From Podospora anserina (taxonomy: Eukaryota), in assembly GCA_017654855.1 (NCBI GenBank), contig CM030334.1, forward strand, positions 3,658,001 to 3,722,000: 64,000 bases of DNA. Direction: 5' to 3'. Every line of letters begins with the position of its first letter. Position 1 is the first letter of the stretch. A program made the translations under genes and the position numbers. Below are positions 52,129-64,000 of the stretch, piece after piece. The notes beneath the pieces were generated by a model that was given only the letters and a program-made list of their open reading frames with translations, ran no database searches and was not told the origin of the DNA.

Positions 52129-52809
52129 AGTAATTTATATTTTTATAAAAAATAAAAAAATCGGTAATAACGTTAAAGTTAAATATAATTTTATTTTAAA
52201 ATACCCGACTTTATTATTATTAAATTATAGGCTACTATATATATAGTTCCTATAGTAATTAAACTTTTTTAATATCCGTTTAACCTAGAAAAAACCTAAA
52301 CTAATTCGAGATCCGTTCTTAATTTACTATCCGGAAACTATATATATTTTTTTAAATATAATAACCGATTTATAAAAATACTAGTACGTTATCCGGCATA
52401 TTTATTTATTTTAAAAAAGGGTAAAAAAGGGATTAACTTAAACCCTCTTAATACCTTTTTTATACTATTATATTAACTATTAATAAAATAACCGGTATAT
52501 CCGGAATAATATTATTATATACCTTAGCTCCGTCAGTATCGCCCCTTCGGGGCAATATAATCTCCGTAATAACGTACGAGCTCCGAGTGTTCGATCTCCG
52601 ATCCTCTAAGCGGGGGGAGAAAGTAGATTTACAGCAGCGGGCGGAATTAAAGTAAGAAAGGGATGTATTATTGGAAAAGGAGTAATTTAAATTAATAAAT
52701 AATAATAATAAAAATTATTATTTAAAATATATTATTAATATTATATTACTTATTTACTACTATCTTATCGTTATTTAAATAATTTTCGTTATTATTCTCT
52801 ATAGGTACT

Positions 52810-53737
52810 ATATCGTCGTTTAACTATCTTATTCGTTTCCGCGATACTATAAGCAATTCTCGCTTTAACGAGCCTAAGATCTTATTAGTATCCGAGTTCG
52901 ATAAAGCTATAGTAAAGGGTACTTTAAAGGCCACCGTTTTCGAGGGCAGTAGCCCCTTTAACGTTACACTAATATCTAAAGCGGTTAAGGTATAGGAAGT
53001 TCTTTCCCTATTAATTATTAAAGATATATTAATTATAAAGTACGTCGGACTTAATTATATTAAATATAATAAAGTTATATAGGATATTTTAAAAATTATA
53101 TTACTAATATAAAATTTTTAATAGTTTAGGAAGGTAACCGCAAGCCTCCTCTATACCCTTCTATTTTTATTAAGCTACGCGCTTTTATTATAGGTTATAA
53201 AGAGGATATCCCTATTCCAAAACTTATTTAAAATAATTAATTCGATTACGAGGGTAAATTAATTATTATTATCGGTAAGACTAATAAAAATATCCTTAAA
53301 GAAAAAGCTTTTAAATATATTATTAGTTTTATCGTTACTAACGATATTTCTATTAAAAAATAGTAGCGTAACCCCGCCTTCGCCGGCGGTATCCCATAAT
53401 AGTGCTTTAGTAAAGGCTTCGATAAATTCGCCCCCGTCGGCCCTCTACTTATCTCCCCCAAAATTATTAATAACGCCGGTAACCTCTAGCTTTAAACTAT
53501 TATTAACGGTAAAGTATAATAAAATATTAATACTAACGATCTCCTTTTTAGTATTAAAAAGATTATTACTTTTATTAGCTAGGGTATTACTCTCGAGGTT
53601 AGTACTATTATTATAATAGGCACACTTACGGGTATTACTATAGATATAAAGGAGCTAAAGTGGCTTAAAAATAATAATATTATTAAAGTTAAGATTAAAG
53701 AGTTAAATAGTATTAAAAATAAAATAGTTTTTAAATA
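52810..53737 (+). pseudogene. RIPped fumarylacetoacetate hydrolase (FAH) family protein
   Basis: LIRFRD..FNEP, YVGLNY, DYEGKL, NDISIKK, GGIP**CFSKGFDKFAPVGP and IIIGTLTGI (originally TGTPAG). Confidence 0.88.
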
Positions 53738-54960
53738 GTAATATATATATTTAATATAATTAAATAAAAATCTATAGAACTAACTTAACTTTTATTATTT
53801 TTTTAATAAAACTACGTTCCGTATAGTTATTATAAATCTATTTATTTTTAAAATACTTTACCGACGTCCTAATAATATTTATTAAGTGCTAAATATTAAA
53901 TATATAAAATTCTTACCGATCGTAATTTACTTTTCCTTTATTGTTTTAACTTTACTTTAAAGATAAGTATAAGTATATAGTTAAGTAAGCTGGATATAAA
54001 AATAAAATTAAATAAATACTATTATATTATAGCGTAGCGTAAAGCGGATATAATAATAAAAATATATTAAAAACCAATTAAATACCTAATATTATATCGA
54101 ATAACTTAATTATAGTTACCGTAACTAGTATTTTTCTAGAAGCGAAAAACTCGGCTTTATACAGGAATTTATCGAACTTAAAGAAAGTAATACTATTAAC
54201 TAAACCCTTTTTACTATAGTAATAGAATATTACTTACTTATTTTCCAATAAAGTTATCCGAACGATCCAATAACTATTAAAATACTTTATAAAAATTATT
54301 TATAATATATAACCGTACCGAAAATAAAACTTTTTATATTTCTTATAGCTACTAAAATTATTTTTCAAAATCTATATATTAATATACTCGCTTCCTTCTA
54401 AAACATATATATTTTCGCACTTAAATTTAACTAACTAAAAGATCGTTAATATAAAATTTAGAAAGTTACTAAGGGATTTTAAATTTACGATTTACCTTAG
54501 AGTACCAATATTCTTTTTATAGTATAAGTAATAGTAAATAAAAATAGCGTTAGGGGTTCCCTAAATAATAAATTTAACGCCTTTATAAAAGCAAGATCCT
54601 TTTATAGCTTTAGCTATTATTACCGATAATAGTAATAACTTAAAATAATAAATAAAATTAATAGTAAAACGGCGTTAAATTAGAGAAATAAAATAAACTT
54701 TACTTTTCTTCTATATCTTAATAAATATAACCCTTATTCCGGGTTCGGGTTAATAGTATACGGATTTTAGGCGGCTTCCAACCCTATCTCCCATTTACAT
54801 ACGGCAAACTACTTCCGGTTATAGGACTAATAATAGTACCGATTATATAAAGAGAATAGTGTAAGGCTATAATTAATATATATTAAAGCGATATCCATTT
54901 ATAATAATAACCTACTATTATTATTACCTTAAAATATAATTAAATAAAACTTAATTTATA

Positions 54961-55960
54961 ATAATAAACCGCGTTAATATTTCCGGGGCTAAGAGCTTAA
55001 CCCTCTTAACACTCTCAATAAAAGACTAGTTCTATACCGACATTGCCTCTAAAAATGTCGAGCCCCTCTGGACCGTCCTTAACAAAATAGTTCCACCAAA
55101 GCTAAACCCTAGCTCGGTAATTACCGCCTGGCCCTATAAAAACCTCCGACCCGTGTTTATATAAAGCGGGATTATCGTTTTAATAGAGAAAGTAAAGCAT
55201 TATATACTTATACTAATAAACCCTACTATATAAGCACCCTACACTACCGACACTATTTACGCCGGTCTTTAGCTTATCCTGCTAGGAGAAACCGCCCCTA
55301 CTTATAGATACGTGGCCTTTACCCTAAGGTTCATCGTTAAAGGATCTCGCGGTTTTACCGCGGTAGAGGGGCAGAAGCTAATAATAGAGTGTAAAAATAT
55401 TATTTTTACCCCGTTTTAGCACTAATATAACTACGGCAATAAAAGTAATAGGCCGATAATATAGTTAGACGGGCTAGACTTACCCGTATACCGCTTCCTC
55501 CCTATAAACTTTATAGAGAATTACGAGGAAGTTAAATATCCTAGTAAATTATTAAATAATAATAACTAAAAGCTCCTCTAGGCTCCGGTATAAACTATAT
55601 TAAATAAGAATAAAGAGACTGAAATTTATATATAATATAATTATAAGTCTAGGGAATATAGGAAGTACCTATCTAAAACTATTTTTAAGTAAGCGGAAAG
55701 AATTAACGCCGGAATTATTATTAAAAAAGTAAGGGAGACGGTATTATTTATATATTATATATATAAAGGAGAGGGGTACTCGACTATTATTTCGCTAGAG
55801 GGAAAGGAAGAGAAGGTTTAATAGAAAGGTAAAGATATTTTTACTATTCTAGCGTGAAGTATAATCTTTTATACTTATACGTAAGAGTATAGGAATATAT
55901 ATTTATTTACTATTAATAATAAATTAATAATTAAGTCTTTAGAATTATATAAAAAATAAA
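54961..55960 (+). pseudogene. RIPped gentisate 1,2-dioxygenase-like bicupin
   Basis: NVEPLWTVL, APYTTDTIYAGL*LILLGETAPTYRYVAFTLRFIVKGSRGFTAVEG (originally GLQLILPGETAPAHRH..ALRFIVEG) and *LDGLDLP. Confidence 0.9.
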
Positions 55961-56039
55961 AACTAAAGTAATATTATATCTTAACTAAAAATAATAATTA
56001 TATACGTACTTTAATATCTAACCGTATATAAAGCCCCCT

Positions 56040-57248
56040 TATTTCTACTTCTTAATAAATAATACTTTTACTAAAGCCTTAGCTTAAGTTAATTAAACCG
56101 GACGCCCCAGTATAATAAATTAAAGACTAAAGTCGGCCAGCAGTTCTTCAGCAGATAGACCACTATCCTTAATAGCCTAATACACCTCTTAATCGGTTCC
56201 AAAAGTAGCTATATACCAGATATTCTTCTACGTTTTAATTATTTCTTTAGCTTCGCTCGAATAACTTTAAATATTTTTTATAATTATATAAAACGAAGAC
56301 CTTTTCGCGTAACTATACTTTAATTTATATATATAAACGTTAAAGAACCTAAATATTATTTATAATAAATAAACGATCCTCTATATCTCGATCTTATATA
56401 ATAATATAATAAATATTCCTCTTAAACGCAAATACTCTAAAGCCAACACAAAAGAACCGTTTTGCAACTTAATTAACTCCCGCTTCTCTCGGTAATTTAC
56501 TCTCTCTTAAGTGCGGAGGACGTACCCGTTATAAATTATAATATTATATTACTCGTCGATAATAAATTAACGAGGTATAAACTTATTATAATCGGGGTGC
56601 GAAGCGGGAATCTCTTTAATCTTTATACTAAAATCTTCTATTAGTATTATAACGTTATAATAATTAATATTAATAATATTATTATTCTCGTAAAGCAATA
56701 AAACCTTATAACCGCCCTACGAAAAGGGAAAGGTATAAACTTGTACTCGAAAGTTAGGATCGTTTAGGGCTATAATAGCGGCAAGAAAGCTACCTAGTGC
56801 AGCATAGACATCCAGAATCGTACTAAGCTTAATAACTATAGTAAAGTAACTATCTATAGTATTATAAAGCTCGGAGGTAATTTTCTATATAAGGCTAAAG
56901 TAAAACTAAGAAGAATATTAATCGTTAATATTATTAATATTAAAGCGTTAGGCCTAAAAAAATCTATCCCTAGCTAGGTTCTCCTAACCCTTTATAAATA
57001 ATATAAACCAATTATATCTTAAAATAAATAAAGTTATATATATAGATAGAGAGAAATATAGAAAAATAATATACCTACTAGCGAAGACGATTAAGCCTTC
57101 GGAACTCTAGAACTTTCTTTCGTAAGTACGGGATAATAACGCTCTTATAGTCCGGCGTAGTGTCCCCTATAGTGGTTAAAAGGATATATATTTCTCTAGG
57201 ATTAATTACGGTTAAGGCGCTATATTCCCAGTTTACTCCTCTATCCAT
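56040..57248 (-). pseudogene. RIPped FtsJ-like SAM methyltransferase
   Basis: ILDVYAALGSFL (originally LDxCAAPGGF), *GGYKVLL, IIYNGYVLRT*ERVNYREKRE and AKRSSFY. Confidence 0.7.
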
Positions 57249-58879
57249 TTCGTCTAAAGTTACAACAAAAGGCGGTGTAAAGAGTTAAATTATTATTCAA
57301 ATAAAGAAGTTAGCGGTCTTCCTTAGAAAAAACAACCCCCCAGCGCCTTTAACAATTATAGCTATAGTATAGTATTTGCTGTGGCCTACCGTGAGGCGGA
57401 CTTATGTAATAAAATGGACTGGCTAATGTCCTTCCTTACGTTACATTCTAAGCACCTAGGTTCGGCAAATTAAGCGTCTTAGTTAGCTAGAGACTACAGA
57501 GCAAGCTGCTTCACTAATAATAGTGCGCTAAGCAGGTTAGCAATAAACAGAGGTCGAGTAATAGCTATGGGCAAGTGCAGTGAAGAAATGCATCGAGGCC
57601 TACAGTGAAATTTGTTATTTTATTAGGCGAATCGAATTTTACAAACGCAGGGTAAGGTATGCTCTGCCACTAGCCGTTTGCTCATTGATAGCAGTATCTG
57701 CTTAGGTACCTATCGAAGTACTTTTAAAAAACTCGATATCATCGATATTATTCATATATTAAGTCTAACAGAAATGGAGGAAACGCTATTAGATTTCTTT
57801 CCTCTATTTTCATCTCCACTAATTACTAAATATAACCTCTCTATTAGTCTATACACCTCCCGTTCCGACTCAACTATAAGCTCCAACTACCCCGAGCAAA
57901 TATTTTCCTATCTTTATAATATTATTATTAGTAACTTAAATAATATTCTCGAGCTAAAACCTTACTTTAAACGAGGGAGCTGTAAAATCCTTAGTAATTT
58001 TACTAAAAAATACTCTACCTTTATAATAGCTAACTTCACTTATAAAAATTCTTAATATTCTAAAGCTAGCTAAAGGAGCGGAAAGGTCACTATTTTAATC
58101 CGGGGCTACGAAAATAATAGATATTATACTACTATTTTTAACTAGCGATACGAACGATATAAGAAATTTAATAATTTAGAGTTAGATAAATCTACCTACA
58201 TTAACCGAGTCTATTATCAACTCAAAAAATAGGCCGGGATTAGCATAGAAATGCGAAGCTCAAGGGAACCGAAAAAAATACCGCCTTACAAAAATAACCT
58301 ATATAAAGGGTATAGAAAAGGGTTTTATAAAGGCTAATTATACGTAAATAACGGTATAATGTAAAGTTTATAAATATACGGTATATATACTTAAATGCCG
58401 ATAGGATAGTAAGGGTCTTAGATAAAACAAAAGTCCTATTAATTTTAAGAAGTTATTTATATTTTACATTTATATATACTTCAGTATTTTATTACTGTTA
58501 GTCAAATCTTAGGTTAAATAAATTACCCGGTATTAATATAAAAGTATCCCATTAATTTTTAATTAGTTTACGCGAAACTTCTAAGCATGCCCGACAGGGA
58601 TCTATACTAAATATTATTATATTCGTCTAACAAATCTTATAAGTCTATTATTACTAAGCTTAAAAGCCGGCTACAGTATTACTTACGTAGGTTACTACCT
58701 TTTTCATGTTCTTTAGCTATATCGCCGTTTAACTACGTCGGAACCTTTATTTGTTATATACAATAGGGACTACAGGTTACGGTAATTTCGATTATAGAAT
58801 TATTATTCCGATATTTAATAGCTATATATCTAAGAATCTAGTAGGTTAATAGGGACGTATAAAGAGCTTACTTAAGCTC

Positions 58880-59215
58880 ACCGAAACTCTTTCTCCCCAT
58901 ATCTCTTACGATATTGTCAAACCTATTTAGAATCTTAGACCTAGTCTACATTATTTATTAAAAGCTTGCTTCTACGACTTTTAGTAGGTCGCTTTTATAA
59001 ACGTTATATTAGAAAAAAGCTGTACTAATTTTTGCTTTTAGCCTCCCCTAACCTTTAACGGACTAAAACTTAAGTGGAGAGCTTAATAAACTTATCGAAG
59101 TATCTATACCAGCTCAGACCCGATCCCCGATGTCGCTATATCTTTATCGCTACTCGGAACTCACTCGTCCCTTTAAACTGCTTGTTTAAGATAGCTAAAT
59201 TGCTGTTTATGCTAT
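58880..59215 (+). pseudogene. N-terminal fragment of a fungal CorA-like protein
   Basis: LYQLRPDPRCRYIFIATRNSLVPLNCLFKI resembles the DPxCRxIFI..S..PLxCS..M start of this family. The similarity ends abruptly. Confidence 0.4.
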
Positions 59216-59399
59216 CCAATTTTAATTTAATTTGGGCCAGGAATCTACCAACATAGTACCGTAGGTAGGTAGGTATATTAATCCTAGTAGCATTAAGCAA
59301 TAACGGCATTTCCTACTAAAAAGCATATTACGGGGTTCTTATAGCAAAATAATTAGTTAAATAGGTAAATACTAGATAGTTACTAGGTACCCTACTATA

Positions 59400-60100
59400 A
59401 CCGCCCTGCCCACAAATCGCTTTACTCCTTAACCTTAACCACCCCCTCCTCAACAACCTACTTAACCCCACCCCCCCTAACCCACCCACCATAATCCTAC
59501 ATATACCTCCCCTTCCTATCCTCTCCTTAACCAAAACCTCCTCCTTTTCCACGCCAGCCCACTATATCCCCCCCAAACTCTCCCTATCTAACCCAACCTC
59601 ATACTCTACCCCCGGCTCCAACCAATCTACCCCCGTAAGCTGCACCGACCTTCTTACCTTCCTCTCCCTCCCCTTATCATCCACCTCCTACCCTTTCTCC
59701 GCTATAGCCTTAGGCACAGGCCGCACCTTATTTACACCACCACCCCTCCCAAACGGGGTTAACAACTCAACCGGTATGTCGGGGTATAGAGTCAGGTAGA
59801 ATGCCTCGTCTATATTGCCCCTAATGCGCGTGATCGCGGAGCGGTTAACGCGGAGGGAGTAAGTTTCGACTTTTTAGCGGGAGGGGAGGGCGTGGATTGT
59901 GATTATATGGTTAGTAAGGGCGGAGGGGAGGGATAAGGGGTAGTTAAAGGTAAAGAGGGTAATGGGGTGAGGGACGGTGGAGGTTATAGTAAGGGTTAGG
60001 AGGGGGGGTAGGGAGTAAGTAGTAAAGGAGTAAGTTAGGGGTATAAGGGTAATTTTAATATAGACTTTAGGGGGAGGGGAGGGGGGAGTAATAGTTAAGG
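59400..60100 (-). pseudogene. RIPped hypothetical gene
   Basis: Readable frame LRVNRSAITRIRGNIDEAFYLTLYPDIPVELLNPFGRGG..DWLEPGVEYEVG, with a C-rich 5' and G-rich 3' composition like intact genes in this window. Confidence 0.5.
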
Positions 60101-60829
60101 AAAATATAATTAATAATATTTTATAATTAATAAACTAAAAAATAAATATTTATTAGTTAAAAGGTTAATAAACTAAAATTCGTTCGGTTAATTTCTTTAA
60201 GATATTTATAGTAAGTTAGAAAGGAAGGATATTACGAAATTAATAATAAAATAGGTTCTTATAAAGTCTCCGTTAGCTTTAAAAGAAAAGGCTAATAATA
60301 AAAATCAAATAATAAAGTTATTAGTAAAGTATAAAGGAAAATAAAAAAAAAAAAAACGGTTTACGTAATATAGTTTTATATATTAATTAAATAAACTTTA
60401 TATTTTATATAATTAAATACCAGTTTTTATCTTAATATTTTTACCGAATTAAATCCTAAAACTTTAGGAAACCTCTTCTATAACGTTATCCTAGCTTCCT
60501 CCTAGATCTATTTTTTTAATATAAAGTAAAAAAGTAATAAATATCCTCTCTTAAAACGTAACGTAATTAAAGAGGACTATAATCTTTAACTATAAACTAA
60601 TATTTATTAAAGCCGAAGTTTAGTTTAACTTATTATACAGAATTAAATAAAATAATTTTATATATAATTAATAGCCTTATAGAGGTCCAATATAACTATA
60701 CTTTATTAATATTTATAAAAATAAAATTAATATATATAAACTATTATCCGATTATTTTAATAAAGTATAATAAATAAATATAAATATTTTACTCCTTTCT
60801 TCTTATATTTCTCTTTTATATTAAACGAA

Positions 60830-61800
60830 AGAAATATATCCTCTCCGAGCCCTCTTACTTACCTCGAGTCTAACTCTCGCCTACCCTAGCGTCCTACTAA
60901 TTACCCCTAAATAAAGCCTTAAAGTTATCTCTAAATAAATAGAGCCTAATACCGGTAAGGACTTCTCCGAAAACGAAACCCCCCTCCCTAACCGTTTTAA
61001 TAAAGTTAAAACCGCTTTCCGCGACGCTATCGAGCTTACTTCCGTCGTCCTTTCCGTTATTAAAACCGATAAAACTATTTATTAATACTATTTTTCCCTA
61101 AATAATTATAAAGAAATTACCCGCATTTTCCGTAACTTAAATAATAACGGCGAAAGCTATAAAATATTAAGGAATTTCCTCGTATAAACTACTAATTTTA
61201 ATAATACTTATAGCGACCGTAAACTAATATACTCGGATAACTATAATACTAATCGCCCTTTTATCGTAATCTATCCTAAGGCGTTTAATAAGAAAGTAAT
61301 TAATAATTTAAAAAAGAAAGACCGTAAAGATAAGGATACGAAAGCCTTTTATACGGGTTATGCGGAGGATAGGGCGGATATTAAGGATCACGTTAGCTTT
61401 ATAAGTAATACTAAAAAGCCTACCTTTAATAGTAATAACTATTATTAACGTATATAAATAATAAAAGTACTTTAATACTCTTAATATAACGCTTTTATAT
61501 AAGTACCTACACTATAATCTAATTATCGGGGCTTACTTTAGGTCTATTATTAACGACCCTAATAGATAACTAAATTATAAGCCTATTATTATTTATAATT
61601 GGTTACTTAAGGAATTAACGAGGGTAAATATTAATAGTTATACTTATTACGTAGCGGTAAGTTATATAAAAAAGAATTATAAATAAAATCGGTACTAATA
61701 TTATTAATAGGAAGTATACTAATCTTTAATTTATTAGAAAAAGTTTTAGGCCCCGCGTAAAGGTATTAATAATACCGATCCTAATTATAGTAACTAAACC
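60830..61800 (+). pseudogene. RIPped secreted zincin metalloprotease (M35-like HExxH + YG..NADSY)
   Basis: TAFRDAIEL, TLLYKYLHY (originally LLHEYLH, ~61495-61515) and NYKP..VNINSY (originally GYGP..NADSY). Confidence 0.65.
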
Positions 61801-62349
61801 TACGAAACTTAATTACTTACTTAAGTCGGGTACTTACTTACTTACCCCTAAAAACTTTTAAACAATAATTTATATTACACTATTATAAAACTTTTAAATT
61901 ACTTTATATAAAATAAAATATATTTTTAATCTTTTAATTAAAAAATTACCTAAATAATTAATTTAATTTAAATTAAAATATATTTTTAAATAAAAGTTTA
62001 AACTTTTTTTCTAATTACTTTAAATAACCTATAAAATTTATAAAAAATATTTATTTAATAAAGCTACCTCTTTAAAAAACGAATTTACCGTTAACCCTAA
62101 TATAGTTTTAATAGGTAACTTAAAGGGTAATAACTACAACTTTAAATCTCTATATAGCGTTAGCCCCCTTTTTTAAACGTTAAATAACTTTAAATATTTA
62201 GTAAAATTTTAAATTATAAAGTTTAAATTATTATAGTAAATAAAATATTTATATTAAATTTAACGAAAAAAATATATATAGGTTTATACTTATTTATCGT
62301 ATTTACTACTCCGGTTTATTTATACTACTCCGACTAAACGAAGATAGTA

Positions 62350-63760
62350 ACTCTACGGGCTCTAGTAAATCGAGTCGAGGAAGCGAACTAAGAGGTAGCG
62401 GGGAGTCTAACGGAGGTAAAGAGCCTAAACGTAGGGGGGAGAACTACTATAGTAGTATTTCTCCCGAATTATCTGCTCTAATCCTCCTACGCTTACCACT
62501 AAATAATACCTACGATAACTCGTCTTCTAAAGCCTCTAAGTCCCTAAAATACTTCGTTATAACCGGCAATCCCCTCTCGTTATATATTAATTTAACTTTC
62601 ACCGGTTTCTCCGGCTTATAACTAATAATTATATCGAACGTATCTTATAGCTTTAAGTAATCTCCTATTAACCATACGTCCCTCCACTCTTCGGGTTTTA
62701 TTTAAAAGAACTTCCGTTCCTAGGGGTCTCTATATATATTATACAGAACAATTATATCCCAAACGTTATAGCGATAGAGATTTTCTTTAGTAACGAAAAT
62801 AGGAAAAGATATAGGTAGTTCTTATATACTAATATTAACGGATATAAGGAAATTAATTAAACCCTTAAACTAAAAATTAAAAAGCTTTTAAATACGAGAA
62901 GGTACTTTAACTCTTCCGGAATAAAGGTATATATTATTATACTAAAAAAATAATTAATTCTAAAGTATAATTAGAAACTACTATCTTAAACTAAGCCTAC
63001 CTCGTATATAGATTCGCCTTTATTAAATAAAACGATATTACTAAATATACAATCCTTTGCCCAGTATCCAGCTATATTAGTAAAGCCGTGGGTATAACGG
63101 TTATAATTAAAATAATTTATATAGTAAAAAAGCGTCGGGTAAAGTTTAATATTTTTTTCCTAACGCGGTTTAAAACTATCGTACTTTATTTACTAAGGCG
63201 GAAGGACCTAAAATATAGTAACGTCGATATCCTCCTAACTATATAGCTTAGGATAATATATAAATAGAGCCACCGCTATATTATAGATAGAAACGGCAGT
63301 TAGTTCCACCAATCGTATCTTAAATTTTCGAAACCCGATTTTTAAACTTTAATATACTTATATAATCTATCTAAAATATTAATCTTAATTACTATATAAA
63401 TCTCAAATCTTAATCGTAACAAAGTATATACTTTAAAAGAAAAAGAAAGAATAGCCGGGTCGAATCCGTTATATAATTACTTTATTTACTATAGAGTACT
63501 ATCGTAAAGGGTTTCGTACTCTAGTAATAGATAGCTTTTCCCAACAAAATACCCGCGGCTCTCGAAAACTAAGATTATTAATAGAAAACTATTAATAAGC
63601 TATACTATATTTAGCTCTACTAACTCTATTAAAAGGATAATTCGAATCGCTTTAACGAATATATAGTAGTATTTAGGATTAAGGACTTCGATAGAAACCT
63701 CGGAAAGCCTTTTCCTTAATAACGTTTCTTTATTTATTACTAACGATAACCGGTATGGTA
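62350..63760 (-). pseudogene. RIPped conserved fungal hypothetical protein
   Basis: ELVELNIV*LINSF (AQLVDG-like), RLVELTAVSIYNIAVALF and AGYWAKDCIFSNIVLFNKGE (originally GYWAE..IFGGVVLFDRG). Confidence 0.6.
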
Positions 63761-64000
63761 ATAGCTATAGTTTTAATTTAATATTATTATTCGATAATTA
63801 ACGAAGGTAGGAAACTTTTTATATATATATAGAATCTTTCTAAATAGAAAATAAAAGTAAAGAAATTAAAAAGAATAAAAAGTAAAGTGCGAGGTAAGTA
63901 TAGCCCTATAAAACATTATTTATAATTAATCCCTATATAACCTTAACCATAAGCTAGCGGCTAACTAAATTATACCGTAACTTTAAAATATCGAGACATC

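Larger units (their letters stand above)
32600..64000. other. AT-rich RIP-mutated region, with less-mutated islands at ~33.65-34.4, ~37.5-39.9 and ~57.3-57.8 kb
   Basis: ORF track collapses. TA is abundant, CA/TG depleted, CG/CGG retained. Fossil genes show TGG/CAG/CAA to TAG/TAA, ATG to ATA and CAT to TAT changes. Confidence 0.95.

Noticed and set aside
57678-58340. Residual ORF in the RIP region
   Set aside because: Probably a RIPped gene, but I could not assign a family or boundaries.
32600-64000. Transposon nest, centromere, mitochondrial insertion, or Spok/Starship captain
   Set aside because: No RT, integrase, transposase, DUF3435 or Spok motifs were recognisable. Decodable parts are RIPped nuclear genes. 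Short undecoded stretches (32.6-33.3, 53.8-54.9, 61.8-62.3 kb) could still hide TE fragments.

Overview
Fungal (Sordariomycete) genomic DNA, most likely from the Podospora anserina species complex, inferred from WD40 repeats that match the HET-E/HNWD-type consensus and from the intron signals. The left half (1 to ~32 kb) has balanced GC content and intron-containing genes: GH11 xylanase end, alpha/beta hydrolase, NAD epimerase, M43 protease, GH36/Sip1, an Mx-like dynamin, an Ecp2/Hce2 effector, GST, a Ctr copper transporter, a DXO-like hypothetical and several pseudogenes. The right half (~32.6-64 kb) is AT-rich with a RIP signature (TpA excess, CpA/TpG loss, CpG retained). I could not recognise transposon coding remnants in it. 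Mentally reversing RIP instead reveals dead host-type genes: a NACHT_N-NACHT-WD40 NLR pseudogene whose six 126-bp WD repeats are almost untouched, and a ~16 kb nine-gene aromatic-catabolism-like cluster. The most novel-looking element is the Mx-like dynamin, whose C-terminus carries FG-nucleoporin-like repeats and, via a predicted in-frame intron, a Nup98/Nup116 GLEBS-like motif. All family calls are by motif recognition without database searches, and pseudogene boundaries are approximate.
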